DNA of 32,000 nucleotides from Vulcanisaeta distributa DSM 14429 (lineage in GTDB: Archaea; Thermoproteota; Thermoprotei; Thermoproteales; Thermocladiaceae): positions 1,950,001 through 1,982,000 of the forward strand of contig NC_014537.1 in the NCBI RefSeq assembly GCF_000148385.1, read 5' to 3'. The notes under the pieces were generated by a model. That model saw only the letters and a program-made list of their open reading frames with translations. It did not search any database and was not told where the DNA came from. Of this stretch, positions 16,995-25,018 are shown one piece after another. Position 1 is the first letter of the stretch. Each line of letters begins with the position of its first letter. Position numbers and translations under genes: made by a program.

Positions 16995-17801
16995 TTATTT
17001 TACCAGATTTGATATATCTCTATTTAACTCATTAATTAGCGGGCAATGTTCATCACAGGTTGTGTATGTTAATACGCAATTCTTTTCACATAATCTGCAT
17101 ATATAGACATAAAGCATTTTGCTGTTTCTATAATACCCCACCAGGAATGAGTTGTTGCCAAGTATTATGTCAGGTCTTTTAACGTTGGATGAATTGCTCA
17201 ATATATTATTAACTAAATAGTAGATTGAGGTATTTTTAATGCTGGTGACTGTTGACTCGTCAATGAGTTTACCGCTTATCGATGAGTTGTTAATTAACGT
17301 GCTTAATGCCGTTATCATTAGCGTATCTATATTCTCAATTATTCTCAAACTCTCACCTCTGACTATGTGAGGTAGTATTGTGAGTATTGTTATTAGTTTA
17401 CCATTATCGTAATTCCTCAGATTCCACCTTGCCTTAAGTCTACTTAGCACTATATCATCGTCAAGGCACTTATATGCTAGGCACGTTAGTAATCCCTTAA
17501 CTGTGACTTCATAAACGCGCTTGCCATTAAGCCTATCACTTGATTCCCTGGCAAGTATTAGGTTATTCTTTACCATGTACTTAGCCTTCTTATAAATGGA
17601 TGATATGCTATATGGCGTTTCCCTAGAAACCCTGTATAGTGTAACCGGCCCCTTCATTATTATGTATGCGAGTATGTCGTTCATTACATTATCGTACTCA
17701 ACATTTACGAGCCTTCTAAGTTCTAACCTCAAACTCTCTGGGACCAGGTTACCATAATTAATGATGGCATCATGCCTCATTGAGTATATACGTATATTCA
17801 T
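16995..17801 (-). CDS. Putative transcriptional regulator: N-terminal winged helix plus C-terminal Cys cluster (paralog 2)
   Basis: 268-aa ORF. HTH-like ILAYIIMKGPVTLYRVSRETPYSISSIYKKAKYMVKNNLI. C-terminal YVYICRLCEKNCVLTYTTCDEHC, i.e. CxxCxxxCx6Cx3C. The true start may be the internal Met at 17780, given TTTTATAA at 17807-17814. Confidence 0.65.
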   Translation of the reverse strand: MNIRIYSMRHDAIINYGNLVPESLRLELRRLVNVEYDNVMNDILAYIIMKGPVTLYRVSRETPYSISSIYKKAKYMVKNNLILARESSDRLNGKRVYEVTVKGLLTCLAYKCLDDDIVLSRLKARWNLRNYDNGKLITILTILPHIVRGESLRIIENIDTLMITALSTLINNSSISGKLIDESTVTSIKNTSIYYLVNNILSNSSNVKRPDIILGNNSFLVGYYRNSKMLYVYICRLCEKNCVLTYTTCDEHCPLINELNRDISNLVK

Positions 17802-17821
17802 TTGTTATAAAACCAGTTGCC

Positions 17822-17840
17822 TAGTGCAAAAATTGCATGG
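17822..17840 (-). promoter_or_regulatory. Candidate operator upstream of regulator paralog 2
   Basis: TAGTGCAAAAATTGCATGG contains the perfect palindrome TGCAA-AAA-TTGCA. It matches site 11075-11093 in 16 of 19 positions and has the same position relative to a TATA-like box (TTTTATAA, 9 nt downstream on the minus strand). Confidence 0.4.
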
Positions 17841-17876
17841 CACATTGATAAAATGTAAATGATTGTTTTTCCAGTG

Positions 17877-17881
17877 AAAAA
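17877..17881 (-). terminator. Oligo-T tract after dsrK
   Basis: A minus-strand T5 (in ATCTTTTTCAC) lies about 25 nt after the dsrK stop. Archaeal termination commonly uses T-tracts. Confidence 0.3.
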
Positions 17882-17904
17882 GATTAATTATTATTTAAAT
17901 GAAT

Positions 17905-19314
17905 TCAAACGACTAGTGCCCTATAGACTAGGTCCATGAGTCCTGAATACTTAATTTCCTTTCCATACATCTTATTTAGATGGGGAACAACGTGGCTAAG
18001 CTGTGCCTTACATATTGAGCAGGGCCTAACGACCCACTGTGCGCCATGCTTAAGGGCATCTTCATACCAAAGCCTTGCGTATTGAATAGCTAGGGGCAGC
18101 ATTTCATCAGCCAGCATACCTCCCTGGCCTCCGCAGCACCATGTCTTACCTCTACTGTACTCGGAATCAACCCACTTTTTGACTACGTGGTTCATTATGA
18201 ATCTTGGTTCTTCTGTTAGGTCTCCACCCCTGGCGTAATAATCAGGGTCTTGGTACATGTACACTATGTCGCCGTTGGCCTCGGGATTAAGCTTAATCCT
18301 ACCCCTCCTAATGGCATCAACCACAAGATGGAATATGTGGAGTCCCTCAATACCGTATTCCCTCAACCTCGGTATCACGTAATTCTTGAATGCATGCCAG
18401 CCATGACCGCACTCGCAGAATACAGCTAACTTAACGCCCAGTTCTCTTGCTGCATTCACGTACATTTCGCCAATATACTTAAGGTGCCTTGGGTCTAGGA
18501 ACAGGCCGAAGTTCGCCACCTCCAGTAATTTTGTGCTTATTGTGTAGTCCATGCCTATGGCGTGCATGAACAATAGGTGGCCCTTGAGCGTCTCAATGTT
18601 CATGAAGAAGTCGGCAGATGATGGGAGTAGTAGGGCGTAGGCTGGCTGGTCAATTTTGACCTTTATTTCGACGCCCTTCTCCTGCTTTATCTCATTTATT
18701 ACGAACTCAAGTATATTCCTTATAGCGGCTGGAGTTAATGCCATATTATTGCCGGTTCTCTCCATGTTATCTATCGTCGTAACCACGAACCTAGAGGCCA
18801 TGCCCAATTCATACAGTATTGACCTCACGGTCCTGGTCAATGATGCTTGGTCGACACCGAATGGGCATATGGTGGCGCACTTCCTGCATAATAAGCATTG
18901 CCAGTAATATGTGTATAGCATCTCCAGGTAATTCTCATCAATTGCCTTAACGGCATTTACAGCCTTGCCAAGCAGTTTACCGCTTGGTTTTTCGGCCTTA
19001 ATCACAGCCCTTATTAGTTCTGCCCTGCCCACGGGCGAATTCCTAATATCACCCGTGGTTATGTACGTTGGACAAGCCGTTAAACAAGCACCACAATGAA
19101 CACAGGTCTCCACAGCCAGCTTAACATTCCTATTACTCTCATACTCCTCAAGCAGTTTCTTCTTGAAGTATGACACCTTGTCAATGCCGACCGGCGGCTT
19201 AAACCCTATCCTCGCATTAAGCCTCTCAAGTAGTTTGGCATCGGCCTTATGAGGCTTTATGTTCGATGTATCCCCGAACCTGAACTCAGGTAGTTTATGG
19301 GCCATGCTCATCAC
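17905..19314 (-). CDS. dsrK: DsrK/HdrD-like iron-sulfur protein (2x[4Fe-4S] plus CCG domain)
   Basis: 469-aa ORF. Motifs are CVHCGACLTACP and CLLCRKCATICPFG, a C-terminal CCG motif WCCGGQGG...CSICKAQ, and a degenerate first CCG region FCECGHG. The start overlaps the dsrM stop (GGGTGATGAGCATG). Confidence 0.85.
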   Translation of the reverse strand: MMSMAHKLPEFRFGDTSNIKPHKADAKLLERLNARIGFKPPVGIDKVSYFKKKLLEEYESNRNVKLAVETCVHCGACLTACPTYITTGDIRNSPVGRAELIRAVIKAEKPSGKLLGKAVNAVKAIDENYLEMLYTYYWQCLLCRKCATICPFGVDQASLTRTVRSILYELGMASRFVVTTIDNMERTGNNMALTPAAIRNILEFVINEIKQEKGVEIKVKIDQPAYALLLPSSADFFMNIETLKGHLLFMHAIGMDYTISTKLLEVANFGLFLDPRHLKYIGEMYVNAARELGVKLAVFCECGHGWHAFKNYVIPRLREYGIEGLHIFHLVVDAIRRGRIKLNPEANGDIVYMYQDPDYYARGGDLTEEPRFIMNHVVKKWVDSEYSRGKTWCCGGQGGMLADEMLPLAIQYARLWYEDALKHGAQWVVRPCSICKAQLSHVVPHLNKMYGKEIKYSGLMDLVYRALVV

Positions 19315-20126
19315 CCTGGTATTGACTTAACCCTAATCTTAATTGATGGCCTAGCCACCGTGGGCGATATGTATATGAATGAGAATAGGTGCATCATCTT
19401 GCCCCACGGGAAGTAGGCTATGAATATCATGGCTAGTATTACGTGGGCTAACGTGATCGGCGGCGCAGCCATAATGTAGCTAATTGCCTTATCCACATTG
19501 AATGATGCTAGGTTCCAAATCCAGGGAGCGACTGAATACTCGAAGAATCCAGGCTCAACAGACTCAAGCCATAAAGTTTGTATAAGACCTAATAATATTA
19601 TTAATAGGAGTAGTGCATCCGCGAAGTAATCATCGAGGTAACTGAGACTTCTCATTGGCAGTTTAACAACGAAGTTGCCAACCTTAACGCTCCTATCAAT
19701 TAACCTCCTACCAATGAGGATCAACATTCCAACCAATGCCATAACACCGCCTAAGCCACCGATAACCTTAGCCAATAACACATGCATTGTAGGTGAAATG
19801 CCCATGGCCCCGAGCTGCGCAGGCGGTATTAATAGGCCGAGGTGGCCCACGAGGGCTATCCAAATACCCCAGTGAAAGAGTACTGAGCCCACGAACAGTG
19901 CCGTGTCAGTGCCCGGCAACGTATAGAATAGGAATATCCTCTTGAGTATCTCAATCGTTATTTTACCATAGGAATCATCGTTCACTGTCGCATTAACGTT
20001 ATAAAGCCCCGTCAATGCCTTCGGCATTAACCACCTGACTAGCCTAAATATTATCCCAACTATGAATATTACAACGGCGATGTACGGTACATACCCAAAC
20101 ACGATTAGGTATGCGTAATTCATCAC
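19311..20126 (-). CDS. dsrM: DsrM/NarI-type di-heme cytochrome b membrane subunit
   Basis: 271-aa ORF with about 5-6 TM helices. His pairs have NarI spacing: FHWGIWIALVGH (H-x9-H) and AHVILAMIFIAYFPWGKMMH (H-x17-H). Paired with the downstream dsrK-like gene. Confidence 0.85.
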   Translation of the reverse strand: MMNYAYLIVFGYVPYIAVVIFIVGIIFRLVRWLMPKALTGLYNVNATVNDDSYGKITIEILKRIFLFYTLPGTDTALFVGSVLFHWGIWIALVGHLGLLIPPAQLGAMGISPTMHVLLAKVIGGLGGVMALVGMLILIGRRLIDRSVKVGNFVVKLPMRSLSYLDDYFADALLLLIILLGLIQTLWLESVEPGFFEYSVAPWIWNLASFNVDKAISYIMAAPPITLAHVILAMIFIAYFPWGKMMHLFSFIYISPTVARPSIKIRVKSIPG

Positions 20127-20264
20127 TGTTCATACTATGGTTGAGCCATAAATAATAAATGCTGTTACACGTATGACGTGAATGACAGAATAAGGCACCA
20201 TATGGTACATACCGCGGCTTGATGTAGAATAAAGTAATATAAGGAATTAGCACATTATTTCTTA
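20127..20264. promoter_or_regulatory. Divergent promoter region between the dsrMK arm and the orf171-SQR-dsrAB arm
   Basis: ATAAATAATAAAT (20150-20162) lies about 25-35 nt upstream of the dsrM ATG. AATAAAGTAATATAAGG (20228-20244) lies about 20-36 nt upstream of the orf171 ATG. Confidence 0.4.
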
Positions 20265-20780
20265 ATGAGTATTGGCGATAAGGTCGCTGAGTTAATAAGG
20301 AAGGCCCGCGATGCAGGTTTTCTCGAGTTTTACGAAATTAACGAATTAGTAAGAAGCATAATTGAGAGCTCCGGCGAGGTTAATGCAATACTTTACAGGC
20401 CTGGTGAGATGCCCATACTCGTGAATGCGGCTAAGGAGGATGATTATGTATCGATTGCACTATTGGATTTGAATCTTGCAGAGGAGATGAGTGCTAAAGA
20501 CGTGCCGCAACTCATTAATGGGTTTAGGGATCTTGAGGACATAACCACCCGGATAGGCTTTGAACTTTACGGAAACAGGTCAATAGCGCCCTTCCTATAC
20601 CCATTATACTTAGATGAGACTAGTAGTGTTGTCCTTGTGATCTTGGGCATAAAGTCTGCCGTAAGTAGCCAATTATTTAATGAAAACTTTATTGAGGGAT
20701 TGATCGAGGATTTAAGATTCAATTCAGATGCATATCTATTCCGCATAATTGACGCACTTAGGGTTTCACCTAATAAGTGA
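20265..20780 (+). CDS. Hypothetical protein (orf171)
   Basis: 171-aa ORF, first gene of the plus arm, 39 nt upstream of the SQR-like gene. No motif recognised. Confidence 0.5.
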   Translation: MSIGDKVAELIRKARDAGFLEFYEINELVRSIIESSGEVNAILYRPGEMPILVNAAKEDDYVSIALLDLNLAEEMSAKDVPQLINGFRDLEDITTRIGFELYGNRSIAPFLYPLYLDETSSVVLVILGIKSAVSSQLFNENFIEGLIEDLRFNSDAYLFRIIDALRVSPNK

Positions 20781-20819
20781 AATAACCTGTAAATTCATTA
20801 TCTTAAATTACCTCGCTTA

Positions 20820-22001
20820 ATGAAGAGGATTGCCATCATGGGGGGCAACTTCTCCGGAATAGTCGTGGCTAATAAACTCGCCAAGAGACTTAGGTGGTCC
20901 GTGGCTAAGGGTGACGTGGAAATTGCATTATTCGATAGAAGTCCTAAGTACTTAATTCACGCGATGCTACCATTAATAACCTTTGGATCAATGAGTGAAA
21001 GGTACGCCGTTGGTGATAAGGCAGAGTTGCTAGATTCTAGGATTAAGTACTTCTTCGGTAAGTCAGGCGAGGTGGTTAATGTTGACCTGGCTAATAGGAC
21101 ATTGACGCTGGCTGATGGTAGTAAATATTCCTATGATTACCTCGTAATAGCGAGCGGCGCGGATTACGTACCTGAGGAGGTGCCCGGCTTATTAAAGGAC
21201 TATCACACGTACTACACGCTTGAGGGGGCTCTGGAACTTAGGAATATTCTTCAGGGCTTCAACAAGGGTACAATTGTTGAGCTCTTCGTTGAGCCGCCGA
21301 TTAAGTGCCCAATAGCACCGTTAAAATTTGGCCTGATGCTTGATGATTATCTCAGGGATAGGGGTGTGCGTGGTAATGTCGATGTAATGCTCCTCTATCC
21401 CACGGACCACTTACATGCGCAGCCCGAGGTTAATAAGTTAGGTAAAATCCTACTTGAGGAACGCGGTGTTAAGTATATTTTCAACTTCTCAGTGTCTGAG
21501 ATAAGGCCTGAGGAAAAGGTAGTGATTAGTGATAAGGGTGAGAAGATTAAGTATGACTTATTAATAACAATACCACCACATAGAGGCGCCAAGGCCATTA
21601 GGGATTCAGGTATTGGGGACCCATACGGCTTCGTGCCCTGTGACAGGTATACCCTACAATACCGTAAGGGTAAAACTAAGTATGATGAGGTTTACGTAAT
21701 AGGTGACGCCACAGCTCTTGAGGTTGCGAAGGCGGCATCAGTGGCTCACTATCAATCTGATGTGGTTGTTGAGAATTTAGTACATGATATAGCTGGCGAG
21801 GGCTCACAGGTTAGGTATAAGGGTGAGACAATATGCCCAATGCTCACGGACCTCTATACACAGCATGGTAGGGGTAGGGCATGGCTTCCGTGGTGGGACT
21901 ATAAGGTCAACGAGTTAACCTTCATAACGACTAGGTTTGGTTGGTGGTTCATAAGGGCATTCTACCTATCATTACCATTAACCATGAGGGGATTAGCATG
22001 A
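20820..22001 (+). CDS. Sulfide:quinone oxidoreductase-like FAD-dependent pyridine nucleotide-disulfide oxidoreductase
   Basis: 393-aa ORF. N-terminal Rossmann segment RIAIMGGNFSGIVVANKLAK. PPIKCPIAPLKF parallels the SQR redox-Cys motif PIKCAGAPQK. A second Cys sits in GETICPMLTD, and the FAD motif is VYVIGDATAL. Confidence 0.72.
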   Translation: MKRIAIMGGNFSGIVVANKLAKRLRWSVAKGDVEIALFDRSPKYLIHAMLPLITFGSMSERYAVGDKAELLDSRIKYFFGKSGEVVNVDLANRTLTLADGSKYSYDYLVIASGADYVPEEVPGLLKDYHTYYTLEGALELRNILQGFNKGTIVELFVEPPIKCPIAPLKFGLMLDDYLRDRGVRGNVDVMLLYPTDHLHAQPEVNKLGKILLEERGVKYIFNFSVSEIRPEEKVVISDKGEKIKYDLLITIPPHRGAKAIRDSGIGDPYGFVPCDRYTLQYRKGKTKYDEVYVIGDATALEVAKAASVAHYQSDVVVENLVHDIAGEGSQVRYKGETICPMLTDLYTQHGRGRAWLPWWDYKVNELTFITTRFGWWFIRAFYLSLPLTMRGLA

Positions 22002-22441
22002 GCACGGAGATTCCGACTAAGGTTATTGAGGAATTAATTAAGGACATGGATAAGGATAAAGCAATGATTGACATGCTAAATAAACTACTACTTCTCTACA
22101 AGTCTGGCGCATTTGATACTGCAGTTGAGTTATTAATGACGGTTAAGAACGTATCATCAGTAATTACAGATAGTATGATTGACAACCTGGCACTAACGTT
22201 AAGGGAATTAGCACCACTAATTGATGCGCTTGCCAATAACCCATTACTGAAGTTGCTTGGTGAATCATTAAATGATACTGAGGTTGATAAGGCAATAATT
22301 AAGGCTAAAGAAAAGGGGGTTAGCCTAGGTGATGTGATTGGACTTATGAGAAACAATGACGTGTTAACGGGCCTATACGTATTTTTAACAGTCATGAAGT
22401 CCCTGGGTAGGAAGGTTAGGGAATTTAAGGCTGAAGGTTAA
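21998..22441 (+). CDS. DUF1641-like small protein, partner of the SQR-like flavoprotein
   Basis: Start placed at ATG 21998, overlapping the upstream TGA (ATGA). The C-terminal VSLGDVIGLMRNNDVLTGLYVFLTVMKSLG matches my recollection of the DUF1641 C-terminal domain, which is commonly encoded next to such flavoproteins. Confidence 0.5.
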   Translation: MSTEIPTKVIEELIKDMDKDKAMIDMLNKLLLLYKSGAFDTAVELLMTVKNVSSVITDSMIDNLALTLRELAPLIDALANNPLLKLLGESLNDTEVDKAIIKAKEKGVSLGDVIGLMRNNDVLTGLYVFLTVMKSLGRKVREFKAEG

Positions 22442-22490
22442 GATTAGTCCTTTCGTTATTAAATAAGGTTATAAGGTCACATGCTTAGTA

Positions 22491-22521
22491 TAATGCCCAA
22501 TCACCTTAATGCCCGTATCAC
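22491..22521 (+). promoter_or_regulatory. Tandem direct repeat upstream of dsrA (TAATGCCCAATCAC / TAATGCCCGTATCAC)
   Basis: Two near-identical 14-15-nt units start 16 nt apart (22491 and 22507). They lie 49-79 nt upstream of the dsrA ATG and just upstream of the T/A-rich stretch CTTTTCAAAAATC (22533-22545). Confidence 0.35.
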
Positions 22522-22569
22522 GTGGAATAACCCTTTTCAAAAATCATAGGTTATGAATAACGATAACGC

Positions 22570-23811
22570 ATGTCAACCCAAACAAGCCAGCCAAGCGACC
22601 TTGAGCGTGGCATGAAGATGCTGGAGTATCTTGAGGGTGGTCCTTGGCCTAGTTATGTGGCTGAGCTTAGGAAGACGAAGTACCCGATTGAGGCCTACGC
22701 CGAGGGCCTAGCCAAGAAGTACACGCCTTGGTTAAGTGGATCCTTCAGGGTTAGATACGTATTCAGCGGAATACTAGCCAGAAGAAGCAGAGATGGAAAG
22801 TTCGTTGAAATACACTTTAGAACCTATGTACCTGCTGGTAGATTCTACTCAACGAGTTATCTAAGGAAAGTCGTTGAGGTGGCTAAAAGGTACGGAATCG
22901 GCTTACTAGAACTTGGCGGTAACACTGGCGCATTAGTCCTTAACATGATTGCAGAAAAGGCGGATGAGGCTGTTGATGCAATAAGGACGATAATGGGTAG
23001 CGACGTTGGTGGCTCTGGCGACACGTTCAGGGAGTTCTACGCATGCCCTGGCCCTGCCCTATGTGAATTCGCATTATACGATACATTACATGCCATGGAT
23101 TACATTAGATCACATCCAGCAATTTATAGGTATCTCAATACACAGATGTTCCCGTACAAAATAAAGTTCAAGTTTAGTGGTTGTCCAATGGACTGCGCCA
23201 CAGCAAACTCAAGGGCCGACTTCGCATTAATCGGCACTTGGGTTGGTGCACCAGAGGTTGATCAGGGGCTATTCAGGAAAATGGTCGAGGAAGGTAAGAT
23301 AAACCCGAAGGAAATCGTTGATTCATGCCCATCAAAGGCCATTATCTGGGATGAGGAGAAGAAGGAGCTAAGGATAGATGGGTCTAAGTGCCTTAAGGCC
23401 ATGAATTGCATTAGGAGGGCGTTCCCGGCGATTAAGCCAGGTAAAAACAGGAAAATAGCATTACTCATTGGAGCGCACGCCCAGGGCCACTTTGGACCTA
23501 AGTTAGCCAAGGCTGTGGCACTCCTAGACTCAATAGAGGAGGTCATACCATTCGCTGAGGAATTAGTCAATAAGTACATGGAGCTAGCGCCACGTAGGCA
23601 TAGGATTGGCGATATGATAATTAGGAGGGGTTTCAAGGTAATTAGTGAGGTGGCTGATAAGACATTGCCTAATAAGCCAAGGGGTACGCCGTCTACGCAC
23701 TTAAGGATTTCTATTGGTGCTGTTTTGACTGATGATGAGAGGAGGTTGTATGAGGATTGGTCGAGGCAGTTGGTGAGTGAGTACTTTGGAGGTGGTTCTA
23801 GCACGGGGTGA
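22570..23811 (+). CDS. dsrA: Dissimilatory sulfite reductase alpha subunit
   Basis: 413-aa ORF. N-terminal LEGGPWPSYVAELRKT. Siroheme/[4Fe-4S] motifs CPGPALC (Cx5C) and GCPMDC (Cx3C). Ferredoxin-like insert. Followed directly by dsrB. Confidence 0.95.
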   Translation: MSTQTSQPSDLERGMKMLEYLEGGPWPSYVAELRKTKYPIEAYAEGLAKKYTPWLSGSFRVRYVFSGILARRSRDGKFVEIHFRTYVPAGRFYSTSYLRKVVEVAKRYGIGLLELGGNTGALVLNMIAEKADEAVDAIRTIMGSDVGGSGDTFREFYACPGPALCEFALYDTLHAMDYIRSHPAIYRYLNTQMFPYKIKFKFSGCPMDCATANSRADFALIGTWVGAPEVDQGLFRKMVEEGKINPKEIVDSCPSKAIIWDEEKKELRIDGSKCLKAMNCIRRAFPAIKPGKNRKIALLIGAHAQGHFGPKLAKAVALLDSIEEVIPFAEELVNKYMELAPRRHRIGDMIIRRGFKVISEVADKTLPNKPRGTPSTHLRISIGAVLTDDERRLYEDWSRQLVSEYFGGGSSTG

Positions 23812-24944
23812 TGGGCATGAGTCTGACCGTAACCCCCGAACCTAGGGATAGGATGAATAAGAGGTTGCCAATGCCCTTCTCCACCCAATTACCTGAGATA
23901 ATTAGGAATAACTATGGTAAGTGGGTTGATAGGAGGTTTCATGGTAATGGGATTATCGAGCACATATCAGAGACCGGCGATAGGGTATTCACCATAAAGG
24001 TAGGTTTACCACCAAACAGTAGGGTGAGCGTCGATACGCTTGAGAAGTTCATAGAGATCGCCGATAAGTACGGCTTAGGCGTTGTTAGGGCTACTAGGGG
24101 TATGAACCTTGAGTTCATAACCGACAGCCTCGACAAAGCACTAAAGATCAAGGAGGAAGTCGAAAAACTAGGCTTCCCAGTAGGAGGATGGGGCGCCTCG
24201 CTATGGCACATAACATCATGCACGGCCTACCTAACCTGTACAACGGCTGTCGTTGATGCACCATCAATAACTCAAGTCCTCTACAACCATCTGAAGCCCT
24301 TCTTCACTGGCGAGGAGAAATTACCAGCTAAGCTTATGATCTTCGTAGCAGGTTGTCCAAACATATGCGGAGGCACGTTGGCTGGGGACATAGTTATTGT
24401 TGGTCATTATGGTCAAGCGCCTAGGCCTGACCCGGAGAAGATAAAGTTCTGCCTACCGGCCAGTGCCGAGGCCCTTAAGAGGGCAGTGCCCGACGTGGCG
24501 GCAGTCTGCCCCGTTGGCGCGATTAAGGTGTTCGGTAAGCCAGATGGTTCAGTTGGTATTGAGGTTGATGAGAGGAAGTGCATAGCATGTAGCAGGTGTA
24601 AGAATGTGTGTGACTACTTTGATTGGGATCCCGCAAAGATTGGTGTGGCGGTGTTCGTGGGTGGTAAGACTAGTAATACGGGCACGGGACCGAGGCTACC
24701 CTATAAGGTTATTCCATGGCTACCGGTCAATCCGCCGGAGTATAGGGAGATCGTGGCAGCCGTGAGAAAAATAATCGATGTATGGAGGAGGGAGGCCAAG
24801 CCTGGTGAGAGGCTTGGTGATTTCATTGATAGGATTGGTATTGATGAGTTTATGAATAGGCTTGGTGTTCCTAGGACTAGGCATAATAGGTGTGAGGAGA
24901 TTTCCTGGAATTTTGGCGTTAGGCAGTTCATAACGTATATGTGA
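23808..24944 (+). CDS. dsrB: Dissimilatory sulfite reductase beta subunit
   Basis: 378-aa ORF. Motifs are IIRNNYGKW, SCTAYLTC (Cx5C), GCPNIC (Cx3C) and the ferredoxin motif CIACSRCKNVC. Starts are GTG 23808, ATG 23811 or the SD-supported ATG 23817, within GGGGTGATGGGCATGAGT. Confidence 0.95.
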   Translation: MMGMSLTVTPEPRDRMNKRLPMPFSTQLPEIIRNNYGKWVDRRFHGNGIIEHISETGDRVFTIKVGLPPNSRVSVDTLEKFIEIADKYGLGVVRATRGMNLEFITDSLDKALKIKEEVEKLGFPVGGWGASLWHITSCTAYLTCTTAVVDAPSITQVLYNHLKPFFTGEEKLPAKLMIFVAGCPNICGGTLAGDIVIVGHYGQAPRPDPEKIKFCLPASAEALKRAVPDVAAVCPVGAIKVFGKPDGSVGIEVDERKCIACSRCKNVCDYFDWDPAKIGVAVFVGGKTSNTGTGPRLPYKVIPWLPVNPPEYREIVAAVRKIIDVWRREAKPGERLGDFIDRIGIDEFMNRLGVPRTRHNRCEEISWNFGVRQFITYM

Positions 24945-24956
24945 GTTAACGCCATC

Positions 24957-24961
24957 TTTTT
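24957..24961 (+). terminator. Oligo-T tract after dsrB
   Basis: A T5 within GCCATCTTTTTCC begins 13 nt after the dsrB stop, followed by an AT-rich spacer. Confidence 0.3.
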
Positions 24962-25018
24962 CCTAAAAATAATTAAATTTCTTTTATCTATATCTTATTT
25001 ACTCATTGGGCGGCTAAA

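Noticed and set aside
20168-20188. ATGAC-N4-ATGAC direct repeat in the dsrM/orf171 divergent spacer
   Set aside because: These are 5-nt words only and are expected by chance. No counterpart occurs in other promoters of the window.
20044-20253. 69-aa minus-strand ORF overlapping the dsrM 5' end and promoter
   Set aside because: It is out of frame with dsrM, spans the AT-rich promoter and has no supporting motif.
23262-23888. 208-aa ORF antisense to the dsrA/dsrB junction
   Set aside because: The opposite strand encodes DsrA and DsrB with all diagnostic motifs. The antisense translation is low-complexity (S/L/P-rich) with no motif and is a typical shadow ORF.
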